Below, in pieces: positions 39,723 through 51,061 of a stretch of DNA of 64,000 nt; within the stretch, counting starts at the first letter, position 1; the number at the start of each line of letters is the position of its first letter. The DNA is taken from the NCBI GenBank assembly GCA_023213395.1, contig CM041465.1, positions 229,593,741-229,657,740 on the forward strand. The letters run 5' to 3'. Below the pieces are notes generated by a model, which did no database searches, had not been told where the DNA came from, and saw only the letters and a list, made by a program, of their open reading frames with translations. The position numbers and the translations under genes were made by a program. Source of the DNA: Cycas panzhihuaensis. Its lineage: Eukaryota; Plantae; Cycadophyta.

Positions 39723-40207
39723 TGTAGCGACAAGATTTGCTTGGATCTAAATTGTCTGCTAGAAAGGACTTTGAATAAAAATGATACATAGCAAATGATA
39801 ACAAAATATGATAACAATGCAAAATATCACCAAGTATAAGGTAATGAGGAATGAATGAGTAAAATATCACCAAATATAAGGTAATGAAACCTCAATTAAG
39901 CATAGTATTGGAGCTGAAATAATGCTCCCCCTTCGAGGTGAGGTAGCCTCCAAATATTGTTGCCCAAAGGGCCAAAGTATTGTTGCCCAAAGGACCAAAG
40001 TATTGTTGCCTTAAAAGCCAAAAATATCTTGCCAAATCAATGCTACCTTGGTTGGGAATGAAGCCCCTAGGTCCCTTATATAGTTCGATTATGCCTCCAT
40101 ATAGAGGTTGACCAAGACAGGGTGAAATATTGGCTTGAATAATGCATGTAAGTTGGCCAGAACAATGCTTCTAAGTCAGCCAAGACTAAGTAATTTGGTT
40201 TACTACA
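39723..40207 (-). repeat. 5' LTR of B
   Basis: Adjacent to the PBS; followed by the TSD CATTC. Confidence 0.92.
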
Positions 40208-40212
40208 CATTC

Positions 40213-42408
40213 TAAGAGGAAGAGGTAGGATTGCTAAAGAAGGACATCTGAAGGTTGAAGTAGGACTATATGGTCATCGAAAAGACGAGGCAAGTCTATA
40301 GCAACAGATTCCAAGCCATGCTATCATTGTTGTAGATATGGACATTTTTCCAGTGACTGTAGATTCTATAATCTACCAACTTGCTATCACTGTGGTTGAG
40401 TAGGACATCTTGTTAACCATTGTCCTCAAAAGGTATGTAGAAATTTAGAGAGGAAAAAGAGTTGAAAGCAACTACAACAATGAACAAACCAGAAAAAATG
40501 AAGATGAAATCGCCTATATCACAACCTTGGCCACATTCACTTGCAGTAACAAAGATTGATATATAGATTTTAGAGCATTCAATCACATGTCAGGAAAAGG
40601 CGACTGGTTTGAGACACTCCAACCATACCTTCTCAACAAAACAATTGAACATGGTGATGAATTTCCTTTACACATAGAAGGAAAGGGAACAATTGCAATC
40701 CTAATTAAGGACAATATTAAAAAAATTGATTATGTGTTGTATATTCCAAGATTGAAGAAAAATCTCCTATCTGTATCTCAACTAAGAAAAAAAAGGCTTT
40801 GTGTTGTCTTTGATGGAGATGGAAGATGGTACATTTGTGATATGAAGAAACATGGTGTTGTAATAGAAAAAGGAATAGAGACTGACAACCTCTATAAGTT
40901 AGTCTTTACTCCTCTCCTACCTCCTGTTGTAAAATGTTTTTGTTGTTAACAGCTCTATTAATGAAATGTGGCATTCAAAATACAAACATATTGCAAATAG
41001 GTAATTATAATGGTTAAAAAAATTAAATATGGTAGATGGTCTTCCTAATATGTCTTTTAATCCATTCATATGCAAAAGTTGCATGATTGGGAAACAATAT
41101 CGAACCTCATTTTAAGAAAGTACATAGAGAGTGCAAAAGAAGTTAGAGTTAATTCATACAGATTTGTGTGGTCCAATCACACCAAACTCAATTAAAGGTA
41201 CACGGTATTGTTTTACTTTTATTGATGACTTCTTTAAAAAAACTTGGGTATATTTCTTCTTCAGCAAAGAGATCTTAGATCATTTTAAAGAATTCAAAGC
41301 TCAAGTGGAGTTAGAAAGTGAATGCAAAATTAAAATTCTCCAGTCAGATGGAGGGGGAAAATATATTTCAAATGATTTCTATCCTTTTTATAAACTGGAT
41401 GGAATACAAGGCAAGTCACTAGCCTTTATACACCTCAATCAGATGGGGTAGTTGAACAGATGAATAGAACAATAATGGAGACGGCTCACTACAAGATGAA
41501 TGAAAAAACAGTGACAAAAGTTTATTTGGCTAAAGCAATCGACACAGTTGCATATCTTATCAACAAGAGTCCTACTCAAGTCCTTGATGAAATCATTCCC
41601 GAAGAAGCCTGGATGGGAAGAAAGCCAAATGTAAGTCATCTCAAAATCTTTGGAAGTAAAGCTTATATTCATATTCCTTACAAAAAAAGAACCAAGCTAG
41701 ATGACAAAAGTATAGAATGCATTATGATTAAATACAGTAATAAATCTAAAGCATATAGGTTACATAAACCCAAAAACAAATAGGGTTTATGTTAGTAGAA
41801 ATGTAACATTTGATGAAAATGTATCCAAAGAAGATCAACAAGGGAAAATTATTCAAAGACAGATTGAAAAAAATGCAAAAATGCTCACTCCAATAGAGGA
41901 AATATCTAAAGTGACTATTGCAAAAGGAGATACCTCAAAAAGCAAGCTCCCAGGAGAAAATGAGTGTGATATTTTTGAAAGCAAGCTCCAAGGAGAAAAT
42001 GAGCAAGATATTTCTAAAGAAGAGTAAGATACATTCGAGACAGAATACAGTCCACAAGAAGAAAGAGTCATTGCAATTAATCACAAAAATTACTAAAATG
42101 GTATATAAAAATAGGTGAAGAATCAAAAGGTAATGTTTTTTAAAATAGAATTCAATCTAAGAAACATTAGAATTTAATATGTTCTGTTGAACCACAAAGC
42201 TATGCAGAAGCATGTATTCATCTAGAGTGGCAAACAACCATTGGATACAAAAATCAATGCTATCAACAAAAATAAGACTTGGTAATTAGTCATTGCACCT
42301 AATGATAAACCCATTGTTGGATGTAAATGGGCATACAAAGTCAGAAAAATTTGATGGTAGCATTGAAAAATGCAAGGCCAGACTTGTAGCAAAAGGCTAT
42401 ACTGAGAC
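40213..42408 (+). pseudogene. pol: A gag knuckles, protease, integrase, start of RT
   Basis: CYHCCRYGHFSSDC, NHMSGKGDWF, LIHTDLCGP, KARLVAKGY. Confidence 0.9.
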
Positions 42409-43472
42409 TGTTAGAAATAATGTTTAATGTGTAATATGTGTGGGTCCTAGGATAATAAGTGATAGTCCTAAGTCTTAGGGTCAAAAGGTCATTATAATAC
42501 TATGTAAAAGGATATAAGTTTATTGGTCAAGTTAGTGGTGTAATGCTATTGGTCACGACAAAGGTATTTGTCCCACATGCATTACTTGGGATGTATAGTC
42601 TCCCAACTCTTTGGTATATAAAGGTGGTTGAGGTAGTATGTAATGACATCACATCATCAAGGCTCATATCGAGTCTTTGGTGCTTTTGGTATGTTAATAC
42701 ATTCTGATTATATTGTGTTAATCATTGATATTATTGATCTTGTTGATGAGTGTTCTCCATGTTAAAAACTTAACATGGTATCGAAAGGTGTTGTGTGTTG
42801 AGGACATTGAAGTGTTGGGTCAGCTGACAGATTGAAGATTTAAGAGGTCCTTCTGGCTGTCTGAGAGAAGGTTCACCACTTGTTGATCTGCATGGAGGAG
42901 GCTCTATTAAAACGTTTGACAGTTTGTGGTTCTACTTGCAAAGGGTGAATCTACAAGGCCATTATTGTTGCATACTGTGCCACGCAATGATCGATAGAAT
43001 CTTACCGGGTAATATCACTCTTTACTTTGTTAGCCCTGTGAAGAAATTTGTTCAGCTTGTACAGTATAAGTGAGATTTTGCACAATAAATATTTGTTAGG
43101 GTCTGTACTGAAAATCACTAAGGCTCTGGACGGTGGAGATTGAAAAAAGTTGCCCAATTCTGATTCTATATGAATAAAATTTATGAATGAACCCTGCTCA
43201 CTTGCATAGCAACACTACTAATTGTTGCATCACCAGTCAGAGATTGTGTTGTAGTTGTTATCCCCTGCTAGTTGAGTGTTTCATGCAAACGGGTGAATCA
43301 TTGAAAGACTGAATCAAAATTGTAGAAGGCTCAAGCATGATTCACTGTGGAATACACAGTAACAAAAGAATGATGGAATGACGATGGTGAAACCTTGACT
43401 GTAACTGTAAAGCTGGTTACTCATCTATCCTATAGAGCCAAATCCCAACTCTGTGATAAAGAAAGTCCGCTA

Positions 43473-43841
43473 CTATGCAGACTCAATCGACTTATGGGCA
43501 CAGCGTCGGACCCTCCTGTTGTATGCCTGAATATCATTCTGATACAATTGAGCTGCTTCAGGATTTGCAGGACTAGCCGGATTAGGGTCCGTAAGTAGAG
43601 ACTGAATTGATGTTAGTATGGTACAAACATTATGGCAGGGTGACCAGGCATCTTGAATTATGTCCATACACAGAGTTCCATCATGGTATACTTCCCACGG
43701 AGTCTCATAGGGTCCAAAGATAGTGGCGCCCCAAACGAATAGATTTTCTTCCGCATGCGGGCTAGCGCTACACCCCTCAGGAGGCTCGTTCCTAATTGCC
43801 TTCAGATCAGACATCAGCCGAAGCTACTCAGAGGACGACAT
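43473..43841 (-). pseudogene. Processed, internally deleted RAD6/UBC2-like E2 ubiquitin-conjugating enzyme copy, antisense to C
   Basis: MSSSE*LRLMSDLKAIRNEPPEGCSASP..LFVWGATIFGPYETPWE|VYHDGTLCMDIIQDAWSP..ILTSIQSLLTDPNPASPANPEAA; no introns; lacks the GG..YP..PP.VRF..FHPN segment; TAG at 43826-43824. Confidence 0.92.
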
Positions 43842-45345
43842 TCTAATCGCCAGAACGAGGGTTTCAATTAAGACTCCGTTAAAAGGTGGGATTCCCGAGC
43901 ACAAGTAGCACTAGGTTACCCACCGTGAAAATCCACGAGATGTTGAAACTAGTTTTGTTGGCAGAAGCCTGTCAGATCTTTAAAAGTTCACTTGTATGCC
44001 TTTGCCGTTTCGAGGGTCTTTGAAATACGTGCAGAACCCCTCAACAAAACGCAAATACAAGGACTCATACGAATCGAACCTCTCCTCCTCCCCACTGCAA
44101 ACACGATTTTCAGAAGAACAACGCGAGGACGACCACAGAGCAGAGCTTCCCTGTCTGTGAGATGGATCGCCCGATCTGTGTTTAGTTGAGCCAGCGAGAA
44201 GTCTACATGCAGGAGTCTCACTAGAGGATAAATTTCGATTCATTGCAGGTTCTTTTGTGTGCTTAAGAGTGAGTTACCTATTCAGAACCACCATTTTTCT
44301 GTATGTGTGAAGATTTACCTGTGCAGGATCACCATTTTTCTGTATGTGTGAAGATGGTTCCATAGAGCCAAGCGCAAGTTGTGGATCCATTTACAGAGAT
44401 TCCAGCCAGGATCATAATTAATGCAAAATAGATCATTACTAGTTGCAGCCTCCAGTTGCCAAACAAAGATCTGTAGACACACCTGTGTGTGATTGAGGAA
44501 GATGCACTATCGTCCAGCCATGCAAACGAAGGAGACACCAAACCCTATCACTGTCACATGATCGCAAAGAACCTGTAGACATGGAATAATTTTCAGCTGT
44601 CAAGGTTGAGCTTGCAGCCGTGGAGATTGAGTAGGTGCAGCCTCTGTTGCTCATTAGGTGCACTAGCAAGTTGTGAATAAATGTAGCAGTCAAAACTGTT
44701 GAATCTGTAGCGTGAAGAAGGACACCGGATAGGGCAATGGTTGAAGTTACAGTGTTTTAAAATGTCGAGTTAATCTGCCTCGGTGGAGACCAAGTTGCAA
44801 CTGGTGATTGCGCCTCATTTTGAGTTTACAGAGTTACCATGAATGGAGTGAAACCAGACGTCTAGCGAAGGCATAAATAGAAGGAAATTGCAGATCACCT
44901 CGTTGTTAAATCGCCACTCGCAGAGTCATTGATATGTTCGGCCTTATTTCATACGAGTTCAGAGGTATTTCTTAATAATACTTCGCCTTCCTTGAGTCGT
45001 TTGTGCAGGCTACATCAATCTTGGACCCTGAGAGTTCTAGCCAGAAGTGGACAGCCACCTTGAGATGCCGTAGAGAGCCTAAGCAAAAAGGTGAGATCAA
45101 AAGACCACCTTCTTGCTGCACGCACCTTTTCCTCTGCTGAGGCACAGATCCTGGAGACAATCATAAGTGGCATTCATGGAGAAAGCAATCATAACCACCC
45201 TCCTGACTTATAAGTAGAAATGCGTTGGGTGACAAATCAGAGAATGAAACATTACCCAGTATTCAGGTTTTAGTATTTTCTCCGTTGATTTGATAGATCT
45301 TCTTTTGGCCGAAGTGGATACATTTTTCTGATCCTCTCATACATC

Positions 45346-46837
45346 ATGGAGTTGAGTGACGCCATAGTCTTTCTGCCTGAAAGAAATGAATATTGGCTAT
45401 CAGATCTTTGTTTTCCTCTGCCCAAATACACTGGAACTAATTTTCGTTTTTGGAAAATTAGGATGGAAAGTCTATTTGTAGTGAAGAAACTTTGGAAAAT
45501 AGTCATGGGGACTGAAATGGCTCACGAAGAAGGGGAGGTAATCTTCAAAAGGAAAATGTAATTGTTATTGACGTGATACTTGCGACCATTGATAAAGATA
45601 ACCTCCCATCCGCCTATCACTTCATTATTCAGTTCTACGTAATATGGACTCTACCGAGGATGCTTGGAAACTCGATGTAAGTGAATGAAAAAGGACCTGA
45701 AGAAATACAGCAGCAGAGAATCAAAAGGGCAAAGAATCAGAGGAAGAAGTTGAAGAGGAAAGGAAAAGGGGAAAAGCAACGTGACAAAGCCACAAGTCTC
45801 ATCAAGGAACCAGTTCTGGAGGTTGAGGATTTCAGGCATCAATCTTTACCGATAACAGTTCGTGGTGACATGAGTTGCCCAACGAAAGGTATGGATAATG
45901 TTATCCTAGTTTGTGTTGATAGGATGGTAGGAAGAATTCAATTGGTGACAGGTCATACAGTGATTTGCGTGTATTAGAAAATATCCATGATCTCCCTCAA
46001 CTCAGTTACATTCTCCACTCTCATCCTTGAGAAGATCAAGATTATAACAGCATATCCTAGAGCGACACTAGAAAGTTGTTCTCAAAGGAACATAAGGAGG
46101 ATATCATGTCACCAGAATCTTGCTTATCGAATTCATATTCCCTTTTGGATAGGTTACCTGATTATGAAAGTCAATCAGATTGAAATAATGTTCCATGTAT
46201 GCATATCCATAATCAGGAAGCATATGCATGAGAGTATCATAGAAATACTCATTATACTTAGTTCATGGAACCCTTTGAGTGAGACAGAGAAAGCAAGGTA
46301 CATCACACGGATTACAGGAACTCGACTCAATAAATCCATTGCTTGTGGGAGGATAATGATGTCTTACGGTTGGTAACTCATTCTTTGCATTTGGATAATG
46401 ATGATATTGCTAACATCTACTTTGGTCACTCACATACTGAAGAAGAGAGAAGCAAACAGGTGATAGAAGACATATTTGAAAGACACCTTGAAGATATCAT
46501 TGATAAATATATGCAGGATCATTTTGAATTATCCATGTTTCACTACTTGCTTTGCATGTCCAAGGATTCTCAATTATGTATGAAGTTGAAAGAAGCAAAG
46601 CTCGAATATCGTCAGTTAAAACGACAGCTTCAAAAAGGACACCACAAGGTTGAAGACCAAGACCATGCCCAAAACATGGTGTTCAAGACCCTTCCAAGAT
46701 CAAGGCGGTGGAGATTCAAAAGAGACAAAGTGCATCGTAGTCCTGCTGATCATATTGTCTTTAATGTCTCAAATTCATGTCAAGTGTCAATGTATGTCAA
46801 ATTGTCCTTAGTTCAAACATTAAACATTAAGGGGAGG
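45346..46837 (+). pseudogene. Family ORF of C: copia Gag N-terminus fused to an unknown domain (stops and frameshifts)
   Basis: KYTGTNFRFWKIRMESL..KLWKIVMG motif; collinear similarity to 59200-60886. Confidence 0.8.
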
Positions 46838-47215
46838 TGTTAGAAATAATGTTTAATGTGTAATATGTGTGGGTCCTAGGATAATAAGTGATAGTCCTAA
46901 GTCTTAGGCTCAAAAGGTCATTATAATACTATGTAAAAGGATATAAGTTTATTGGTCAAGTTAGTGGTGTAATGCTATTGGTCAGGACAAAGGTATTTGT
47001 CCCACATGCATTACTTGGGATGTATAGTCTCCCACCTCTTTGGTATATAAAGGTGGTTGAGGCAGTATGTAATGACATCACATCATCAAGGCTCATATTG
47101 AGTCTTTGGTGCTTTTGGTATGTTAATGCATTCTGATTATATTGTGTTAATCTCTGTTGATATTATTGATCTTGCTATTGATGAGTGTTCTCCATGTTAA
47201 AAACTTAACAGAGAC

Positions 47216-48520
47216 TACAAGAATAGACTATGAAGAAACCTTCTCTCTAGTAGCACAATTGATAACTATAAGAACAATTATCGCCATGGCAACATAATTT
47301 GGATGGAACATCATATAGCTTGATCTAAAAAGCACATGTCTAAATGGAGATCTAAATGAAGAAGTGTATATGGAATAACCCTTTGAATACATAGAGAAAG
47401 TTAAAGAACATTTTACCTATAGGCTCAAAAAGGTTCTGTATGGATTAAAATAGGCATCCAAAGTTTGGTACACAAAATTCGATCAACATCTCAAACAAAA
47501 AGGCTTCAGTTGGTGCAAATCTGATCATAGCCTCTATGTCAAAACAAATAAAAGTGGTCTAATCATTGTTATAGTAGTTTATATAGATGATATGATAGTT
47601 ACTAGAAATGATGATAACACAATTTGTCAAGTAAAAATCCAAATGGAAAATATGCTAGAAATGACAGACATGGGATTACTTCAATACTATCTAGGTATTG
47701 AATTAGATCAAAGAAAAGATTCTTTGTGTTCCATACAAAATATACAAAAAATCTCCTTAAAAAATTCAAAATGGAAGATTGCAATGCTTGTATAACCCCA
47801 ATGGAAACAGGGTGTATTTTGACTGCAAACGAAGGTGAACAAAAAGTTGATAAAACTTTGTATAGACAATTGGTAGGCAGTCTCATTTATCTTACAGCCA
47901 CTAGGCCAAACATTTCGTACTAAGTTGGAATAATCTCTAAGTACATGCAATCTTCAAAAGTTTGTCATTGGAATGTTGCCAAAAGAATATTGAGGTATAT
48001 CAAAGGAACTTCAACACTGGGACTTAGTTATACCAAGGCATCAAACTTTGAGCTAACAAGTTATAGAGATTAAAACTAGGTTGAAGATCAACAAAAGAGA
48101 AAATCCACATCTAGATATTACTTCACTCTTGGGTCTATTGTTACATCATGGGGTAGCAAAAAACAATCCATTGTAGTTTTATTGTCAACAAAAACAGAAT
48201 ACAAGGCAGTTGTAAGTGCCACATATGAAACAGTGTGGATAAGACAATTGCTCAAAGACTTAAGATAGGAATAGAATCAAGCTACCTCTATTTTTTGCAG
48301 AAATTAAAGTGTTATCAAGATGACTATGAATCTTGTATTTCATATTAGAACAAAACACATTGAAGAAGTACATCATCATTTTATTATAGAAAAAGTATAA
48401 GCAAAGCAAGTGGACTTACAATGTTGTACTAGTGAAGAACAACTTGCAGACATATTCACGAAGCCCTTATCAAAGGACAAATTTCAATATTTCAAAGAGA
48501 TGATTTGTATTAAAAATAAA
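47216..48520 (+). pseudogene. pol: A RT and RNase H (resumes after C)
   Basis: IDYEETFS, VYIDDM, LYRQLVGSLIYLTATRP, EEQLADIFTKPL. Confidence 0.92.
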
Positions 48521-48541
48521 AGATAAAACATTAAGAGAGGG

Positions 48542-48743
48542 TGTTAGAGCAGTAATGTTTTATCTTGGTCTTTTCTAAAGTTAAGTTGAGGGTTGTGTGT
48601 CCAACCTCTCTTTCATTCTGTCTTGACACTTAGCCTACATGCATAGGTTCATTTGTATATATTGTATGTATTTATTCAAGAGTATTTCTCTCTCTCATTA
48701 AAACAAGGAAGTAACTTCTTTTTCTATTCTTATTGTTTTAACA
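48542..48743 (+). repeat. 3' LTR of A
   Basis: After the PPT; matches 5795-5991. Confidence 0.9.
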
Positions 48744-49205
48744 CATGCCACATACAACTACATTTTCTACATCTTGATATATGAGTAGTTAGCTTAGGAA
48801 TAAAATACATGTTAGGTGCTAGCCCACATGTGTTATATGATTACATATAAATGTTTATAACGAGGCTTCGATTGTGCATGTTAATATGGAATTGTTTGGT
48901 TGTGTACAAATGGCCGTTGTGTAATTGAGTAATTATGCCACCTCCAATAGTTAGTTGTGAACGGTTATTAACTCTCCAATAATGAAAGAAGATGCTCCTT
49001 ATGGCTATAAAGGCCCCAATTCAAACTTTGTAGTGTCATCTTCAAGAGTGTAACATGATCTTTCTTATCATTTTGTTTTAATAATCTCCACCCATCATGA
49101 CACTTGCACATTGATGATCATCAACTCATAAATACATACCATATTGTGTATATCATCTTGTCTACATTTTTTGCACATGAACCATCTTGTCTATGGTTGT
49201 ACTTA

Positions 49206-49981
49206 ATTTGATTTGATAGGTGTAATAATTATTGATACTTGCACCTAGTTATTTCGATGCTTCTACCATGGATTTGATGCACATAACAACAATTACCCCA
49301 ATCTCAATGTTCACATAGATCTTGTACCATGGAAATTGTATTCAACCCCCATCAGATTTTTATGAAAAGAAAAAGGGGTTAGGGATGAAAAAAGACTTTT
49401 ACATCATATAGTTATTTGAGGGGAAAAAAGCATCATTGCCTCTAGTACATTAAGAGAAATCAATAAAGAAGAGAAACTGAAAACTATTATCACACCATTG
49501 ATACCATTTACACATAGTGTTCCTCTTAAGCCTTGGGAATATACTATCCCCATGTCCATCAATGGCTCTTCATAATTCAAAATATTGTAATGATCATTGT
49601 CGGTAACCATAGAAAATAATGAAAATCTATATGGCCACCTAATCAAACCACCCTTATAATGTCCCCAGTGGGTAGTCTATAGCCTTTGAGGAGCCTTAAG
49701 TCATTAAAATAATACACACACGCACATACATATATGATCTGATTTAATGGGTGTAATAATTATTGATGCTTGTACCTAGTTATTTTGATGCTTATGCCAT
49801 GGATCTGATGCACATACCAACAATTACCCCAATCTCAATGTTCATATAGATCTTGTACCATGGAAATTGTACCCAACCCCCATCAGATTTTATAAAAAGG
49901 AAAGGGGGTTAGAGATGAAAAAAGACTTCTAAATACATACATGATCTGATTTGATGGGTGTAATAATTATTGATGCTTGTA
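49206..49981. repeat. About 195-bp direct repeat: copies at about 49206-49400 and 49734-49929, third copy from about 49941 cut by J
   Basis: GGTGTAATAATTATTGAT...CAATTACCCCAATCTCAATGTTC...GATGAAAAAAGACTT repeated. Confidence 0.88.
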
Positions 49982-51061
49982 TGTAGTGAACCAAACTACT
50001 CGGTCTTAGCTAACTTAGAAGCAGTGTTCTAGCTGACTTACATGGGTTATTCAAGCCAATATCTCACCCTATCTTGGCTGACTTCTATATGGAGGCAGAA
50101 TCCAACTATATAAGGGAACCAGGGGCTTGATCCCCATTCATCCTAGTGCTGTTTTGGCAAGAGATTTTTGGCTTTTAAGGCAGCAGTCCTTCGACCCTTT
50201 GGGTAGCAGTATTCAGAGGCTACCTCACCTCGAAGAGGGAGCATTATCTTGGCTCCAACACTATATTTAATTAATATTTAATTACTCTATATCTAATAAT
50301 ATTTTGCTTATCCATTTCTCATTTACTTTTGCGACTTGCGCAACCTTCTTTTCATTTATTTATTATTGCATTTCAGACATATTTTGTTATCACTTGCTAT
50401 GTACTATTTGTATTTGAAGTCTTTTCTAGTAGATACTTGGGACCCAAGTGAATCTTGTCGCTACAAGTGGTATCAGAGCTTCACTTCAAAGCGGTAATTC
50501 AGAGGGAAAACAGAAAAATCAGTAGTCAAATTCCCCGCCACACGAGATAGAACCTAGGTTGTGAAAAAGCCTCACCAACAAGATGGTGAACTAGGTCGCA
50601 AATCAGATCAAGGGGATAGACAAGAAGTTAGACGAATTAAACAACAGTATAAAAAGACTTGCAACGCAAATAAGAGAGTTGATGAAAACCTTCTGAGAGA
50701 CTTCTCAGTTCTGTAGATACGAGATAACTGTGGAAGAAGAAGAATCACCAGGGATAGAGAAGCTGGGGGAATATGACACCTAGGATGAACACATCAATCA
50801 AGAAAATCCCAACAAATACAAAGGGATGACATTCGAGAGAAGAGAACCGTGAAATACATAGGCAGATCATGGAACCAAACATTCATTGGAAAAATTCGAT
50901 CTAGATAGATCAAGGGACATTAGAGGCTAGCTACTACACATGGCGACATATTTCGAGGATTATGGATTAAACGACAAGGATAAGATCTCAATAGCTGCAC
51001 TTCACTTATATGGAAAGGCATTACAATGGTTCTATTGGTGGAAAAAGATCAACGCAGGGGT
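49982..51061 (+). mobile_element. Truncated B-family chromovirus J (5' LTR 49982-50465, PBS, start of gag)
   Basis: LTR is the reverse-complement homologue of B's LTRs; TGGTATCAGAGC 50468-50479; gag ends at WFYWWKKINAG. Confidence 0.9.

Larger units (their letters stand above)
7332..40207 (-). mobile_element. Ty3/gypsy chromovirus B (Reina-like, about 5.5 kb net), host of D and F
   Basis: LTRs 7332-7815 and 39723-40207, perfect TSD CATTC, tRNA-Met PBS 39709-39720, PPT next to 7816, order gag-PR(LVDSGS)-RT(FFDDILIY)-RH-INT-chromodomain remnant. Confidence 0.93.
42409..47210 (+). mobile_element. Non-autonomous copia-derived LTR element C (TR-GAG-like, 4.8 kb) carrying host mRNA cargo
   Basis: LTRs 42409-42775 and 46838-47210 (about 6-7 substitutions and 2 small indels), perfect TSD GAGAC, PBS TGGTATCGAAAG, PPT AAGGGGAGG; no recognisable PR/INT/RT catalytic motifs. 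Confidence 0.93.
5795..48743 (+). mobile_element. Copia element A (about 5.3 kb after removing nested B and C); outermost element
   Basis: LTRs 5795-5991 and 48542-48743 (TG..CA, roughly 91% identical by eye), TSD CATGT/CATGC, PPT AAGAGAGGG, domain order gag-PR-INT-RT-RH across the interruptions. Confidence 0.92.

Noticed and set aside
43473-43814. 113-aa E2 ORF as a functional host gene
   Set aside because: It lies inside an LTR element, lacks the HPN segment, and has an in-frame stop between the natural ATG and this ATG.
44839-44865. PPR-like MNGVKPDV
   Set aside because: Eight residues flanked by stops, with no repeat context.
45140-45210. WRKY-like HGESNHNHPP
   Set aside because: No WRKYGQK or Cys ligands nearby; too short.
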